Under the pieces are notes generated by a model. The model was not told the DNA's origin. It searched no databases and worked only from the letters and a program-made list of their open reading frames with translations. 64,000 nt of DNA, from contig NC_086109.1 of assembly GCF_963921235.1 (NCBI RefSeq), forward strand, positions 558,001 through 622,000. The letters run 5' to 3'. Within the stretch, counting starts at the first letter, position 1, and the number at the start of each line of letters is the position of its first letter. Of the stretch, positions 26,101-40,330 are shown piece after piece. The translations under genes were made by a program, and so were the position numbers. Origin of the DNA: Mobula hypostoma (Eukaryota).

Positions 26101-29100
26101 GAGATTCAGGGCAGGAGTTTCAGGGCAGGAGATTAAGGGCAGTAGTTTCAGTGCAGGAGATTCAGGGTAGTAGTTTGAAGGCATGAGTTTTAGGGCAGAA
26201 GATTCAGGGCTGGAGTTTCAGGGCAGGAGATTCAGGACAGGAGCTTCAGGGTCGTACTTTCAGGGGGAGAGTTTTCGGGCAGGAGTTTCAACGCAAGAGA
26301 TTCAGAGCAGCAGTTTCAGCGCAGGAGTTTCCGGGCAGCAGTTTCAGGGCAAGAGATTCAAGGCAGGAGTTTCAGGGTATGAGTGGCAGGGCATGTGTTT
26401 CAGGTCACAAGATTCAAGGCAGGAATTTCAGGACTATAGTTTCAGGGCAGGAGTTTCAGGCCATGAGTTTCAGAGCAGGAGTTTCACGTCAGGAGATTCA
26501 GGGCAGATGTGTCACGTCAGTAGTTTGAAGGCATGAGTTTTAGGGCAGAAGATTCAGGGCTGGAGTTTCAGGGCAGGAGATTCAGGACAGGAGCTTCAGG
26601 GTCGTACTTTCAGGGAATGAGTTTTCGGGTAGGAGTTTCAACGCAAGAGATTCAGGTCAGCAGTTTCAGCGCAGGAGTTTCCGGGCAGCAGTTTCAGGGC
26701 ATGAGATTCAGGGCATGAGATTCAGTGCAGGAGATTCAGGGCAGGAGATTCAGGGCAGGAGCTTCAGGGCAGGAGATTCAGGGCAGGAGATTCAGGGAAG
26801 GAGATTCAGGGCAGGAGTTTCCGGGCAGGAGTTTCACGGCAGTAGCTTCAGGGCAGGAGATTCAGGGCAGGAGATTCACGGCAGTAGCTTCAGGGCAGGA
26901 GATTCAGGGCAGGAGATTCAGGGCAGAAGTTTCCGAGCTGGAGTTTCAGTGCAGGAGTTTCAGGACTGGAGTTTCAGAGAATGAGTTTCAAATCGGAGAT
27001 TCAGTGTTGAAGTTTCTGTTCAGGAGTTTGAAGTCATGAGTTTCAGGGCAGGAGATTCAGGGCAGCGGTTTCAGGGCAGGAGATTAAGGGCATGAGATTC
27101 AATGGAGGATTTTCAGGGCAGAAGTTTCAGGGCAGCAGTTTTACGGCTTGAGTTTCAGGGCTTGACTTTCAGGGTTTGCGTTTCAGGGCTTGAGTTTCAG
27201 GGCAGGAGTTTCAGGGCATGAGATTCAGGGCATGAGATTCAGTGCAGGAGATTCAGGGCAGGAGATTCAGGGCAGCAGTTTCAGGGCAAGAGATTCAAGG
27301 CAGGAGTTTCAGGGTATGAGTGGCAGGGCATGTGTTTCAGGTCACAAGATTCAAGGCAGGAGTTTCAGGACTATAGTTTCAGGGCAGGAGTTTCAGGCCA
27401 TGAGTTTCAGAGCAGGAGTTTCACGTCAGGAGATTCAGGGCAGATGTGTCACGTCAGTAGTTTGAAGGCATGAGTTTTAGGGCAGAAGATTCAGGGCTGG
27501 AGTTTCAGGGCAGGAGATTCAGGACAGGAGCTTCAGGGTCGTACTTTCAGGGAATGAGTTTTCGGGTAGGAGTTTCAACGCAAGAGATTCAGGTCAGCAG
27601 TTTCAGCGCAGGAGTTTCCGGGCAGCAGTTTCAGGGCATGAGATTCAAGGCAGGGGTTTCAGGGCATGTGTTTCAGGTCACGAGATTCAAGACAGGAGTT
27701 TCAGGACTATTGTTTCAGGGCAGGAATTTCAGGCCATGAGTTTCAGAGCAGGAGTTTCACTTCAGGAGATTCAGTGCAGAAATTCCATGTCAGGAGTTTG
27801 AAGGCATGAATTACAGGCCTGGAGATTCAGGGCAGGAGTTTCAGGGCAGGAGATTAAGGGCAGTAGTTTCAGTGCAGGAGATTCAGGGCAGGAGTTTCAG
27901 GGCAATAGTGTCAGGGTTGTGGTTTCAGGGCAGGTGTTTCAGGGCAGGCGTTTCAGGGCATGATATTCAAGGCAGGAGTTTAAGGGTAGATGTTTTAGGG
28001 CTATAATTTCAGGGCAGGAGTTGTAGGGCAGGAGTTTCAGGGCAGCAGTTTCAGGGCATGAGATTCAAGGTGGGAGTTTCAGCGCGAGAGTTTCAGGGCA
28101 GCCATTTCAACGTAGGAGTTTCAGGGCAGGAGTTTCAGGGCGGGAGTTTCAGGGCAGGAGTTTCAGGGCAGGAGTTTCAGGGCAGTAGTTTCAGGGCAGG
28201 AGATTAAGGGCAGGAGATTCAGGGCAGGAGTTTCCGGGCAGGAGTTTCCGGTTAGCAGTTTCAGGGCAGCGGTTTCAGGGCATGAGTTTCAGGGCAGGAC
28301 TTTCAGGACAGGAGTTTCAAGACAGGACTTTCAAGTCATGAGATTCATCGCAGGAGTTAAAGGCTGTAGTTTCAGGGCAGGAGTTTCAAAGACATGAGTT
28401 TCAGAGAAAGAGTTTCACATCAGGAGATTCAGTGTAGAAGTTTCTGTTCAGGAGTTTGATGGCATGAATGTCAGGGCAGGCGATTCAGGGCAGGGGATTA
28501 AGGGCAGGAGATTAAGGGCATGAGATTCAATGGAGGAGTATCATGGCAGAAGTTTCAGGACAGGTGTTTTACGGCTTGAGTTTCAGGGCTTGACTTTCAG
28601 GGCTTGAGTTTCAGGGCAGGAGTTTCAGGGCAGGAGTTTCAGGGCAGGAGATTCAGGGCAGGAGATTCAGGGCAGAATTTTCAGGGCAGGAGATTCAGGG
28701 CAGGAGATTCAGGGCAGGGGTTTCAGAGCAGGAGTTTTAAGGCAGGAGTTTCAGGGCAGTGGTTTCAGTGCAGTAGTGTCAGGCCAGGAGCTTTCGACCA
28801 GTAGTTTCAGTACATGAGTTTCAGAGCTGGAGTTTCACGTCAGGAGATTCAGGGCAGATGTGTCAGGTCAGTAGTTTGAAGGCATGAGTTTTAGGGCAGG
28901 AGATTCAGGGCTGGAGTTTCAGGGAAGGAGATTCAGGACAGGAGCTTCAGGGTCGTACTTTAAGGGAAAGAGTTTTCAGGCAGGAGTTTCAAGACAGGAC
29001 TTTCAAGTCATGAGATTCATGGCAGGAGTTAAGGGCTGTAGTTTCAGGGCAGGAGTTTCAAATACATGAGTTTCAGAGAAAGAGTTTCACATCAGGAGAT

Positions 29101-32100
29101 TCAGTGTAGAAGTTTCTGTTCAGGAGTTTGAAGGCATGAATGTCAGGGCAGGCGATTCAGGGCAGGGATTAAGGGCAGGAGATTAAGGGCATGAGATTCA
29201 ATGGAGGAGTATCATGGCAGAAGTTTCAGGACAGGTGTTTTACGGCTTGAGTTTCAGGGCTTGACTTTCAGGGCTTGAGATTCAGGGCAGGAGTTTCAGG
29301 GCAGGAGTTTCAGGGCAGGAGTTTCAGGGCAGGAGATTCAGGGCAGGAGATTCAGGGCAGGGGTTTCAGGGCAGGAGTTTTAAGGCAGGAGTTTCAGGGC
29401 AGTGGTTTCAGTGCAGTAGTGTCAGGCCAGGAGCTTTCGACCAGTAGTTTCAGGACTATAGTTTCAGGGCAGGAGTTTCAGGCCATGAGTTTCAGAGCAG
29501 GAGTTTCACGTCAGGAAATTCAGGACAGATGTGTCAGGTCAGTAGTTTGAAGGCATGAGTTTTAGGGCAGAAGATTCAGGGCAGGAGATTCAGGGAAGGA
29601 GATTCAGGGCAGGAGTTTCAGGGTAGGAGATTCAGGGCAGGAGTTTCCGGGCAGCAGTTTCAGGGCAACAGTTTCAGGGCATGAGATTCAAGGCAGGAGT
29701 TCAAGGGCAGGAGTTTCAGGGCATGAGTTTCAGGGCATGAGTTTCAGGACAGGACTTTCAGGACAGGAGTTTCAAGACAGGACTTTCAAGTCATGAGATT
29801 CATGGCAGGAGTTAAGGGCTGTAGTTTCAGGGCAGCAGTTTCAGGGCAACAGTTTCTGGGCATGGGATTCAAGGCAGGAGTTTGAGGGCATGGGTTTCAG
29901 GGCATGAGTTTCAGGGCAGCAGTTTCAGGGCAGGAGATTAAGGGCATGAGATTCAGGGAAGGAGATTCAGGGCAGGAGTTTCAGTGCTGGATTTCACGGC
30001 AGTAGCTTCAGGGCAGTAGATTCAGGGCAGGAGATTCAGGGCAGGAGATTCAGGGCATGAGATTCAGGGCAGGAGTTTCAGGGCAGTGGTTTCAGTGCAG
30101 TAGTTTCAGGCCAGGAGCTTTCGGCCAGTATTTTCAGGACATGTGTTTCAGAGAAGGAGTTTCACGTCAGGAGATTCAGGGTAGAAGGTTCACGTCAGCA
30201 CTTTGAAGGAATGAGTTTCAGGGCAGGAGATTCATGGCAAGAGTTTCAAGGCAGGAGATTAAGGGCAGCAGTTTCAGGGCTGTAGTTTCAGTGCAGTAAT
30301 TTTAGGGCAGGAGTTTCAGGGTATGAGTTCCAGGCCATGTGTTTCAGGTCACGAGATTCAAGGCAGGAGTTTCAGGACTATAGTTTCAGGGCAGGAGTTT
30401 CAGGCCATGAGTTTCAGAGCAGGAGTTTCACGTCAGGAGATTCAGGACAGATGTGTCAAGTCAGTAGTTTGAAGGCATGAGTTTTAGGGCAGAAGATTCA
30501 GGGCAGGAGATTCAGGGAAGGAGATTCAGGGCAGTAGTTTCCGGGCAGGAGTTTCACGGCAGTAGCTTCAGGGCAGGAGATTCAGGGCAGGAGATTCAGG
30601 GCAGGAGTTTCCGGGCAGGAGTTTCCCGGTAGCCGTTTCAGGGCAGCAGTTTCAGGGCATGAGATTCAAGGCAGGAGTTTGAGGGCATGAGTTTCAGGGC
30701 ATGAGTTTCAGTGCAGGAGTTTCAGGACAGGAGTTACAGGACAGGAGTTTCAGATCATGAGATTCATGGCAGGAGTTAAGGGCCGTAGTTTCAGGGCAGG
30801 AATTTCAGGACATGAGTTTCAGAGAAGGAGTTTCACATCAGGAGATTCAGTGTAGAAGTTTCTTTTCAGGAGTTTGAGGGCAGGAGATTAAGGGCATGAG
30901 ATTCAGGGCAGGAGATTCAGGGCATGAGAGTCAGGGCAGGAGTTTCAGGGCATGAGATTCAGGGCAGGAGTTTCAGGGCAGGAGATTCAGGGCATGAGAT
31001 TCAGGGCATGAGATTTAGTGCAGGAGATTCAGGGCAGGAGATTCAGGGCAGGAGTTTCAAGGCAGGAGATTCAGAGCAGGAGATTCAGGGAAGGAGATTC
31101 AGGGCAGGAGTTTCCAGGTAGCCGTTTCAGGGCAGCAGTTTCAGGGCATGAGATTCAAGGCAGGAGTTTGAGGGCATGAGTTTCAGGGCATGAGTTTCAG
31201 TGCAGGAGTTTCAGGACAGGAGTTACAGGACAGAAGTTTCAGATCATGAGATTCATGGCAGGAGTTAAGGGCCGTAGTTTCAGGGCCGGAGATTCAGGGC
31301 ATGAGATTCAGGGCAGGATATTCAGGGCAGGAGATTCAGGGCAGGAGTTTCAGGGCAGTGGTTTCACTGCAGTAGTTTCAGGCCAGGAGCTTTCGGCCAG
31401 TATTTTCAGGACATGAGTTTCAGAGAAGGAGTTTCACGTCAGGAGATTCAGTGTAGAAGGTTCACGTCAGCACTTTGAAGGAATGAGTTTCAGGGCAGGA
31501 GATTCATGGCAAGAGTTTCAAGGCAGGAGATTAAGGGCAGCAGTTTCAGGGCTGTAGTTTCAGTGCAGGAGTTTTAGGGCAGGAGTTTCAGGGCATGAGT
31601 TACAGGGCATGTGTTTCAGGTCACGAGATTCAAGGGAGGAGTTTCAGGACTATAGTTTCAGGGCAGGAGTTTCAGGCCATGAGTTTCAGAGCAGGAGTTT
31701 CACGTCAGGAGTTTCAGGGCAGATGTGTCACGTCAGTAGTTTGAAGGCATGAGTTTTAGGGCAGAAGATTCAGGGCTGGAGTTTCAGGGAAGGAGATTCA
31801 GGACAGGAGCTTCAGGGTCGTACTTTCAGGGAACGAGTTTTCGGGTAGGAGTTTCAGCGCAAGAGATTCAGGGCAGCAGTTTCAGCGCAGGAGTTTCCGG
31901 GCAGCATTTTCAGGGCATGAGATTCAAGGCAGGAGTTTCAGGGCATGTGTTTCAGGTCACGAGATTCAAGACAGGAGTTTCAGGACTATTGTTTCAGGGC
32001 AGGAAATTCAGGCCATGAGTTTCAGAGCAGGAGTTTCACTTCAGGAGATTCAGTGCAGAAATTTCATGTCAGGAGTTTGAAGGCATGAGTTACAGGGCTG

Positions 32101-34050
32101 GAGATTCAGGGCAGGAGTTTCAGGGCAGGAGATTAAGGGCAGTAGTTTCAGTGCAGGAGATTCAGGGCAGTAGTTTGAAGGCATGAGTTTTAGGGCAGAA
32201 GATTCAGGGCTGGAGTTTCAGGGAAGGAGATTCAGGACAGGAGCTTCAGGGTCGTACTTTCAGGGGGAGAGTTTTCGGGCAGGAGTTTCAACGGAAGAGA
32301 TTCAGAGCAGCAGTTTCAGCGCAGGAGTTTCCGGGCAGCAGTTTCAGGGCAAGAGATTCAAGGCAGGAGTTTCAGGGTATGAGTGGCAGGGCATGTGTTT
32401 CAGGTCACAAGATTCAAGGCAGGAGTTTCAGGACTATAGTTTCAGGGCAGGAGTTTCAGGCCATGAGTTTCAGAGCAGGAGTTTCACGTCAGGAGATTCA
32501 GGGCAGATGTGTCACGTCAGTAGTTTGAAGGCATGAGTTTTAGGGCAGAAGATTCAGGGCTGGAGTTTCAGGGCAGGAGATTCAGGACAGGAGCTTCAGG
32601 GTCGTACTTTCAGGGAATGAGTTTTCGGGTAGGAGTTTCAGCGCAAGAGATTCAGGTCAGCAGTTTCAGCGCAGGAGTTTCCGGGCAGCAGTTTCAGGGC
32701 ATGAGATTCAAGGCAGGAGTTTCAGGGCATGTGTTTCAGGTCACGAGATTCAAGACAGGAGTTTCAGGACTATTGTTTCAGGGCAGGAATTTCAGGCCAT
32801 GAGTTTCAGAGCAGGAGTTTCACTTCAGGAGATTCAGTGCAGAAATTCCATGTCAGGAGTTTGAAGGCATGAGTTACAGGGCTGGAGATTCAGGGCAGGA
32901 GTTTCAGGGCAGGAGATTAAGGGCAGTAGTTTCAGTGCAGGAGATTCAGGGTAGTAGTTTGAAGGCATGAGTTTTAGGGCAGAAGATTCAGGGCTGGAGT
33001 TTCAGGGCAGGAGATTCAGGACAGGAGCTTCAGGGTCGTACTTTCAGGGGGAGAGTTTTCGGGCAGGAGTTTCAACGCAAGAGATTCAGAGCAGCAGTTT
33101 CAGCGCAGGAGTTTCCGGGCAGCAGTTTCAGGGCAAGAGATTCAAGGCAGGAGTTTCAGGGTATGAGTGGCAGGGCATGTGTTTCAGGTCACAAGATTCA
33201 AGGCAGGAGTTTCAGGACTATAGTTTCAGGGCAGGAGTTTCAGGCCATGAGTTTCAGAGCAGGAGTTTCACGTCAGGAGATTCAGGGCAGATGTGTCACG
33301 TCAGTAGTTTGAAGGCATGAGTTTTAGGGCAGAAGATTCAGGGCTGGAGTTTCAGGGCAGGAGATTCAGGACAGGAGCTTCAGGGTCGTACTTTCAGGGA
33401 ATGAGTTTTCGGGTAGGAGTTTCAACGCAAGAGATTCAGGTCAGCAGTTTCAGCGCAGGAGTTTCCGGGCAGCAGTTTCAGGGCATGAGATTCAGGGCAT
33501 GAGATTCAGTGCAGGAGATTCAGGGCAGGAGATTCAGGGCAGGAGCTTCAGGGCAGGAGATTCAGGGCAGGAGATTCAGGGAAGGAGATTCAGGGCAGGA
33601 GTTTCCGTGCAGGAGTTTCACGGCAGTAGCTTCAGGGCAGGAGATTCAGGGCAGGAGATTCACGGCAGTAGCTTCAGGGCAGGAGATTCAGGGCAGGAGA
33701 TTCAGGGCAGAAGTTTCCGAGCTGGAGTTTCAGTGCAGGAGTTTCAGGACTGGAGTTTCAGAGAATGAGTTTCAAATCGGAGATTCAGTGTTGAAGTTTC
33801 TGTTCAGGAGTTTGAAGTCATGAGTTTCAGGGCAGGAGATTCAGGGCAGCGGTTTCAGGGCAGGAGATTAAGGGCATGAGATTCAATGGAGGATTTTCAG
33901 GGCAGAAGTTTCAGGGCAGCAGTTTTACGGCTTGAGTTTCAGGGCTTGACTTTCAGGGTTTGCGTTTCAGGGCTTGAGTTTCAGGGCAGGAGTTTCAGGG
34001 CATGAGATTCAGGGCATGAGATTCAGTGCAGGAGATTCAGGGCAGGAGAT
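23200..34050. repeat. Two ~4-kb near-identical blocks at offset 6784 bp (third partial copy 4501 bp upstream)
   Basis: Eight or more pseudo-ORF pairs differ by exactly 6784 (24140/30924 ... 27190/33974). Private variant CACTGCAGTAG at 24581 and 31365. Pairs 20464/24965, 20898/25399 and 21248/25749 differ by 4501. Boundaries approximate. Confidence 0.85.
24965..26700. repeat. 784-bp (56-monomer = 31+25) tandem higher-order repeat
   Basis: Homologous pseudo-ORFs start at 24965/25749/26533 and 25399/26183. The same pattern occurs at 20464/21248 and 31749/32533/33317. Confidence 0.85.
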
Positions 34051-34259
34051 TCAGGGCAGGAGCTTCAGGGCAGGAGATTCAGGGCAGGAGATTCAGGGAA
34101 GGAGATTCAGGGCAGGAGTTTCCGGGCAGGAGTTTCACGGCAGTAGCTTCAGGGCAGGAGATTCAGGGCAGGAGATTCAGGGCAGGAGCTTCAGGGCAGG
34201 AGTTTGAGGGCATGAGTTTCAGTGCAGGAGTTTCAGGACAGGAGTTACAGGACAGGAGT

Positions 34260-37200
34260 TTCAGCGCAGGAGTTTCCGGGCAGCAGTTTCAGGGCATGAG
34301 ATTCAAGGCAGGAGTTTCAGGGCATGTGTTTCAGGTCACGAGAATCAAGACAGGAGTTTCAGGACTATTGTTTCAGGGCAGGAATTTCAGGCCATGAGTT
34401 TCAGAGCAGGAGTTTCACTTCAGGAGATTCAGTGCAGAAATTCCATGTCAGGAGTTTGAAGGCATGAGTTACAGGGCTGGAGATTCAGGGCAGGAGTTTC
34501 AGGGCAGGAGATTAAGGGCAGTAGTTTCAGTGCAGGAGATTCAGGGCAGGAGTTTCAGGGCAATAGTGTCAGGGTTGTGGTTTCAGGGCAGGTGTTTCAG
34601 GGCAGGCGTTTCAGGGCATGATATTCAAGGCAGGAGTTTAAGGGTAGATGTTTTAGGGCTATAATTTCAGGGCAGGAGTTGTAGGGCAGGAGTTTCAGGG
34701 CAGCAGTTTCAGGGCATGAGATTCAAGGTGGAAGTTTCAGCGCGAGAGTTTCAGGGCAGCAATTTCAACGTAGGAGTTTCAGGGCAGGAGTTTCAGGGCG
34801 GGAGTTTCAGGGCAGTAGTTTCAGGGCAGGAGATTCAGGGCAGGAGATTCAGGGCAGGAGTTTCCGGGCAGGAGTTTCCGGTTAGCAGTTTCAGGGCAGC
34901 GGTTTCAGGGCATGAGTTTCAGGGCAGGACTTTCAGGACAGGAGTTTCAAGACAGGACTTTCAAGTCATGAGATTCATGGCAGGAGTTAAGGGCTGTAGT
35001 TTCAGGGCAGGAGTTTCAAAGACATGAGTTTCAGAGAAAGAGTTTCACATCAGGAGATTCAGTGTAGAAGTTTCTGTTCAGGAGTTTGAAGGCATGAATG
35101 TCAGGGCAGGCGATTCAGGGCAGTGGATTAAGGGCAGGAGATTAAGGGCATGAGATTCAATGGAGGAGTATCATGGCAGAAGTTTCAGGACAGGTGTTTT
35201 ACGGCTTGAGTTTCAGGGCTTGACTTTCAGGGCTTGAGTTTCAGGGCAGGAGTTTCAGGGCAGGAGTTTCAGGGCAGGAGATTCAGGGCAGGAGATTCAG
35301 GGCAGAAGTTTCAGGGCAGGAGATTCAGGGCAGGAGATTCAGGGCAGGGGTTTCAGGGCAGGAGTTTTAAGGCAGGAGTTTCAGGGCAGTGGTTTCAGTG
35401 CAGTAGTGTCAGGCCAGGAGCTTTCGACCAGTAGTTTCAGTACATGAGTTTCAGAGCTGGAGTTTCACGTCAGGAGATTCAGGGCAGATGTGTCAGGTCA
35501 GTAGTTTGAAGGCATGAGTTTTAAGGCAGGAGATTCAGGGCTGGAGTTTCAGGGAAGGAGATTCAGGACAGGAGCTTCAGGGTCGTACTTTAAGGGAAAG
35601 AGTTTTCAGGCAGGAGTTTCAAGACAGGACTTTCAAGTCATGAGATTCATGGCAGGAGTTAAGGGCTGTAGTTTCAGGGCAGGAGTTTCAAAGACATGAG
35701 TTTCAGAGAAAGAGTTTCACATCAGGAGATTCAGTGTAGAAGTTTCTGTTCAGGAGTTTGAAGGCATGAATGTCAGGGCAGGCGATTCAGGGCAGGGGAT
35801 TAAGGGCAGGAGATTAAGGGCATGAGATTCAATGGAGGAGTATTATGGCAGAAGTTTCAGGACAGGTGTTTTACGGCTTGAGTTTCAGGGCTTGAGTTTC
35901 AGGGCAGGAGTTTCAGGGCAGGAGTGTCAGGGCAGGAGTTTCAGGGCAGGAGATTCAGGGCAGGAGATTCAGGGCATGGGATTCAATGGAGGAGTTTCAG
36001 GGCAGAAGTTTCAGGGCAGCAGTTTTACGGCTTGAGTTTCAGGGCTTGACTTTCAGGGTTTGCGTTTCAGGGCTTGAGTTTCAGGGCAGGAGTTTCAGGG
36101 CATGAGATTCAGGGCATGAGATTCAGTGCAGGAGATTCAGGGCAGGAGATTCAGGGCAGGAGCTTCAGGGCAGGAGATTCACGGCAGGAGATTCAGGGAA
36201 GGAGATTCAGGACAGGAGTTTCCGGGCAGGAGTTTCACGGCAGTAGCTTCAGGGCAGGAGTTTCGGGGCAGGAGATTCACGGCAGTAGCTTCAGGGCAGG
36301 AGATTCAGGGCAGGAGATTCAGGGCAGAAGTTTCCGAGCTGGAGTTTCAGTGCAGGAGTTTCAGGACTGGAGTTTCAGAGAATGAGTTTCAAATCGGAGA
36401 TTCAGTGTTGAAGTTTCTGTTCAGGAGTTTGAAGTCATGAGTTTCAGGGTATGAGTTTCAGGGCAGCGGTTTCAGGGCAGGAGATTAAGGGCATGAGATT
36501 CAATGGAGGATTTTCAGGGCAGAAGTTTCAGGGCAGCAGTTTTACGGCTTGAGTTTCAGGGCTTGACTTTCAGGGTTTGCGTTTCAGGGCTTGAGTTTCA
36601 GGGCAGGAGTTTCAGGGCATGAGATTCAGGGCATGAGATTCAGTGCAGGAGATTCAGGGCAGGAGATTCAGGGCAGGAGCTTCAGGGCAGGAGATTCAGG
36701 GCAGGAGATTCAGGGAAGGAGATTCAGGGCAGGAGTTTCCGGGCAGGAGTTTCACGGCAGTAGCTTCAGGGCAGGAGATTCAGGGCAGGAGATTCAGGGC
36801 AGGAGTTTCCGGGTAGTCGTTTCAGGGCAGCAGTTTCAGGTCATGAGATTCAAGGCAGGAGTTTGAGGGCATGAGTTTCAGTGCAGGAGTTTCAGGACAG
36901 GAGTTACAGGACAGGAGTTTCAGATCATGAGATTCATGGCAGGAGTTAAGGGCCGTAGTTTCAGGGCAGGAGTTTCAGGACATGAGTTTCAGAGAAGGAG
37001 TTTCACATCAGGAGATTCAGTGTAGAAGTTTCTTTTCAGGAGTTTGAAGGCATGAGTTGCAGGGCAGGAGATTCAGGGCATGGGATTCAATGGAGGAGTT
37101 TCAGGGCAGCAATTTTAGGGCTTGAGTTTCAGGGCTTGACTTTCAGGGTTTGAGTTTCAGGGCAGGAGTTTCCGGGCAGGAGTTTCAGGGCAGGAGATTC

Positions 37201-40200
37201 AGGGCAGGAGATTCAGGGCAGGAGATTCAGGGCAGGAGTTTCAGGGCAGGAGATTCAGGACAGGAGCTTCAGGGTCGTACTTTCAGGGAATGAGTTTTCG
37301 GGTAGGAGTTTCAACGCAAGAGATTCAGGTCAGCAGTTTCAGCGCAGGAGTTTCCGGGCAGCAGTTTCAGGGCATGAGATTCAAGGCAGGAGTTTCAGGG
37401 CATGTGTTTCAGGTCACGAGAATCAAGACAGGAGTTTCAGGACTATTGTTTCAGGGCAGGAATTTCAGGCCATGAGTTTCAGAGCAGGAGTTTCACTTCA
37501 GGAGATTCAGTGCAGAAATTCCATGTCAGGAGTTTGAAGGCATGAGTTACAGGGCTGGAGATTCAGGGCAGGAGTTTCAGGGCAGGAGATTAAGGGCAGT
37601 AGTTTCAGTGCAGGAGATTCAGGGCAGGAGTTTCAGGGCAATAGTGTCAGGGTTGTGGTTTCAGGGCAGGTGTTTCAGGGCAGGCGTTTCAGGGCATGAT
37701 ATTCAAGGCAGGAGTTTAAGGGTAGATGTTTTAGGGCTATAATTTCAGGGCAGGAGTTGTAGGGCAGGAGTTTCATGGCAGCAGTTTCAGGGCATGAGAT
37801 TCAAGGTGGGAGTTTCAGCGCGAGAGTTTCAGGGCAGCAATTTCAACGTAGGAGTTTCAGGGCAGGAGTTTCAGGGCGGGAGTTTCAGGGCAGGAGTTTC
37901 AGGGCAGGAGTTTCAGGGCAGTAGTTTCAGGGCAGGAGATTCAGGGCAGGAGATTCAGGGCAGGAGTTTCCGGGCAAGAGTTTCCGGTTAGCAGTTTCAG
38001 GGCAGCGGTTTCAGGGCATGAGTTTCAGGGCAGGACTTTCAGGACAGGAGTTTCAAGACAGGACTTTCAAGTCATGAGATTCATGGCAGGAGTTAAGGGC
38101 TGTAGTTTCAGGGCAGGAGTTTCAAAGACATGAGTTTCAGAGAAAGAGTTTCACATCAGGAGATTCAGTGTAGAAGTTTCTGTTCAGGAGTTTGAAGGCA
38201 TGAATGTCAGGGCAGGCGATTCAGGGCAGGGGATTAAGGGCAGGAGATTAAGGGCATGAGATTCAATGGAGGAGTATCATGGCAGAAGTTTCAGGACAGG
38301 TGTTTTACGGCTTGAGTTTCAGGGCTTGACTTTCAGGGCTTGAGTTTCAGGGCAGGAGTTACAGGGCAGGAGTTTCAGGGCAGGAGATTCAGGGCAGGCG
38401 ATTCAGGGCAGGAGATTCAGGGCAGGAGATTCAGGGCAGAATTTTCAGGGCAGGAGATTCAGGGCAGGAGATTCAGGGCAGGGGTTTCAGGGCAGGAGTT
38501 TTAAGGCAGGAGTTTCAGGGCAGTGGTTTCAGTGCAGTAGTGTCAGGCCAGGAGCTTTCGACCAGTAGTTTCAGTACATGAGTTTCAGAGCTGGAGTTTC
38601 ACGTCAGGAGATTCAGGGCAGATGTGTCAGGTCAGTAGTTTGAAGGCATGAGTTTTAGGGCAGGAGATTCAGGGCTGGAGTTTCAGGGAAGGAGATTCAG
38701 GACAGGAGCTTCAGGGTCGTACTTTAAGGGAAAGAGTTTTCAGGCAGGAGTTTCAAGACAGGACTTTCAAGTCATGAGATTCATGGCAGGAGTTAAGGGC
38801 TATAGTTTCAGGGCAGGAGTTTCAAAGACATGAGTTTCAGAGAAAGAGTTTCACATCAGGAGATTCAGTGTAGAAGTTTCTGTTCAGGAGTTTGAAGGCA
38901 TGAATGTCAGGGCAGGCGATTCAGGGCAGGGGATTAAGGGCAGGAGATTAAGGGCATGAGATTCAATGGAGGAGTATTATGGCAGAAGTTTCAGGACAGG
39001 TGTTTTACGGCTTGAGTTTCAGGGCTTGAGTTTCAGGGCAGGAGTTTCAGGGCAGGAGTGTCAGGGCAGGAGTTTCAGGGCAGGAGATTCAGGGCAGGAG
39101 ATTCAGGGCATGGGATTCAATGGAGGAGATTCAGGGCAGAAGTTTCAGGGCAGCAGTTTTACGGCTTGAGTTTCAGGGCTTGACTTTCAGGGTTTGCGTT
39201 TCAGGGCTTGAGTTTCAGGGCAGGAGTTTCAGGGCATGAGATTCAGGGCATGAGATTCAGTGCAGGAGATTCAGGGCAGGAGATTCAGGGCAGGAGCTTC
39301 AGGGCAGGAGATTCAGGGCAGGAGATTCAGGGAAGGAGATTCAGGGCAGGAGTTTCCGGGCAGGAATTTCACGGCAGTAGCTTCAGGGCAGGAGATTCAG
39401 GGCAGGAGATTCACGGCAGTAGCTTCAGGGCAGGAGATTCAGGGCAGAAGTTTCCGAGCTGGAGTTTCAGTGCAGGAGTTTCAGGACTGGAGTTTCAGAG
39501 AATGAGTTTCAAATCGGAGATTCAGTGTTGAAGTTTCTGTTCAGGAGTTTGAAGTCATGAGTTTCAGGGCAGGAGATTCAGGGCAGCGGTTTCAGGGCAG
39601 GAGATTAAGGGCATGAGATTCAATGGAGGATTTTCAGGGCAGAAGTTTCAGGGCAGCAGTTTTACGGCTTGAGTTTCAGGGCTTGACTTTCAGGGTTTGC
39701 GTTTCAGGGCTTGAGTTTCAGGGCAGGAGTTTCAGGGCATGAGATTCAGGGCATGAGATTCAGTGCAGGAGATTCAGGGCAGGAGATTCAGGGCAGGAGC
39801 TTCAGGGCAGGAGATTCAGGGCAGGAGATTCAGGGAAGGAGATTCAGGGCAGGAGTTTCCGGGCAGGAGTTTCACGGCAGTAGCTTCAGGGCAGGAGATT
39901 CAGGGCAGGAGATTCAGGGCAGGAGTTTCCGGGTAGTCGTTTCAGGGCAGCAGTTTCAGGTCATGAGATTCAAGGCAGGAGTTTGAGGGCATGAGTTTCA
40001 GTGCAGGAGTTTCAGGACAGGAGTTACAGGACAGGAGTTTCAGATCATGAGATTCATGGCAGGAGTTAAGGGCCGTAGTTTCAGGGCAGGAGTTTCAGGA
40101 CATGAGTTTCAGAGAAGGAGTTTCACATCAGGAGATTCAGTGTAGAAGTTTCTTTTCAGGAGTTTGAAGGCATGAGTTGCAGGGCAGGAGATTCAGGGCA

Positions 40201-40330
40201 TGGGATTCAATGGAGGAGTTTCAGGGCAGCAATTTTAGGGCTTGAGTTTCAGGGCTTGACTTTCAGGGTTTGAGTTTCAGGGCAGGAGTTTCCGGGCAGG
40301 AGTTTCAGGGCAGGAGATTCAGGGCAGGAG
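34260..40330. repeat. ~3.1-kb tandem duplication
   Basis: Offsets 3078 (34464/37542), 3134 (35514/38648) and 3120 (36591/39711) differ by whole monomers. Private variant AGAATCAAGAC at 34341 and 37419. Confidence 0.8.
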
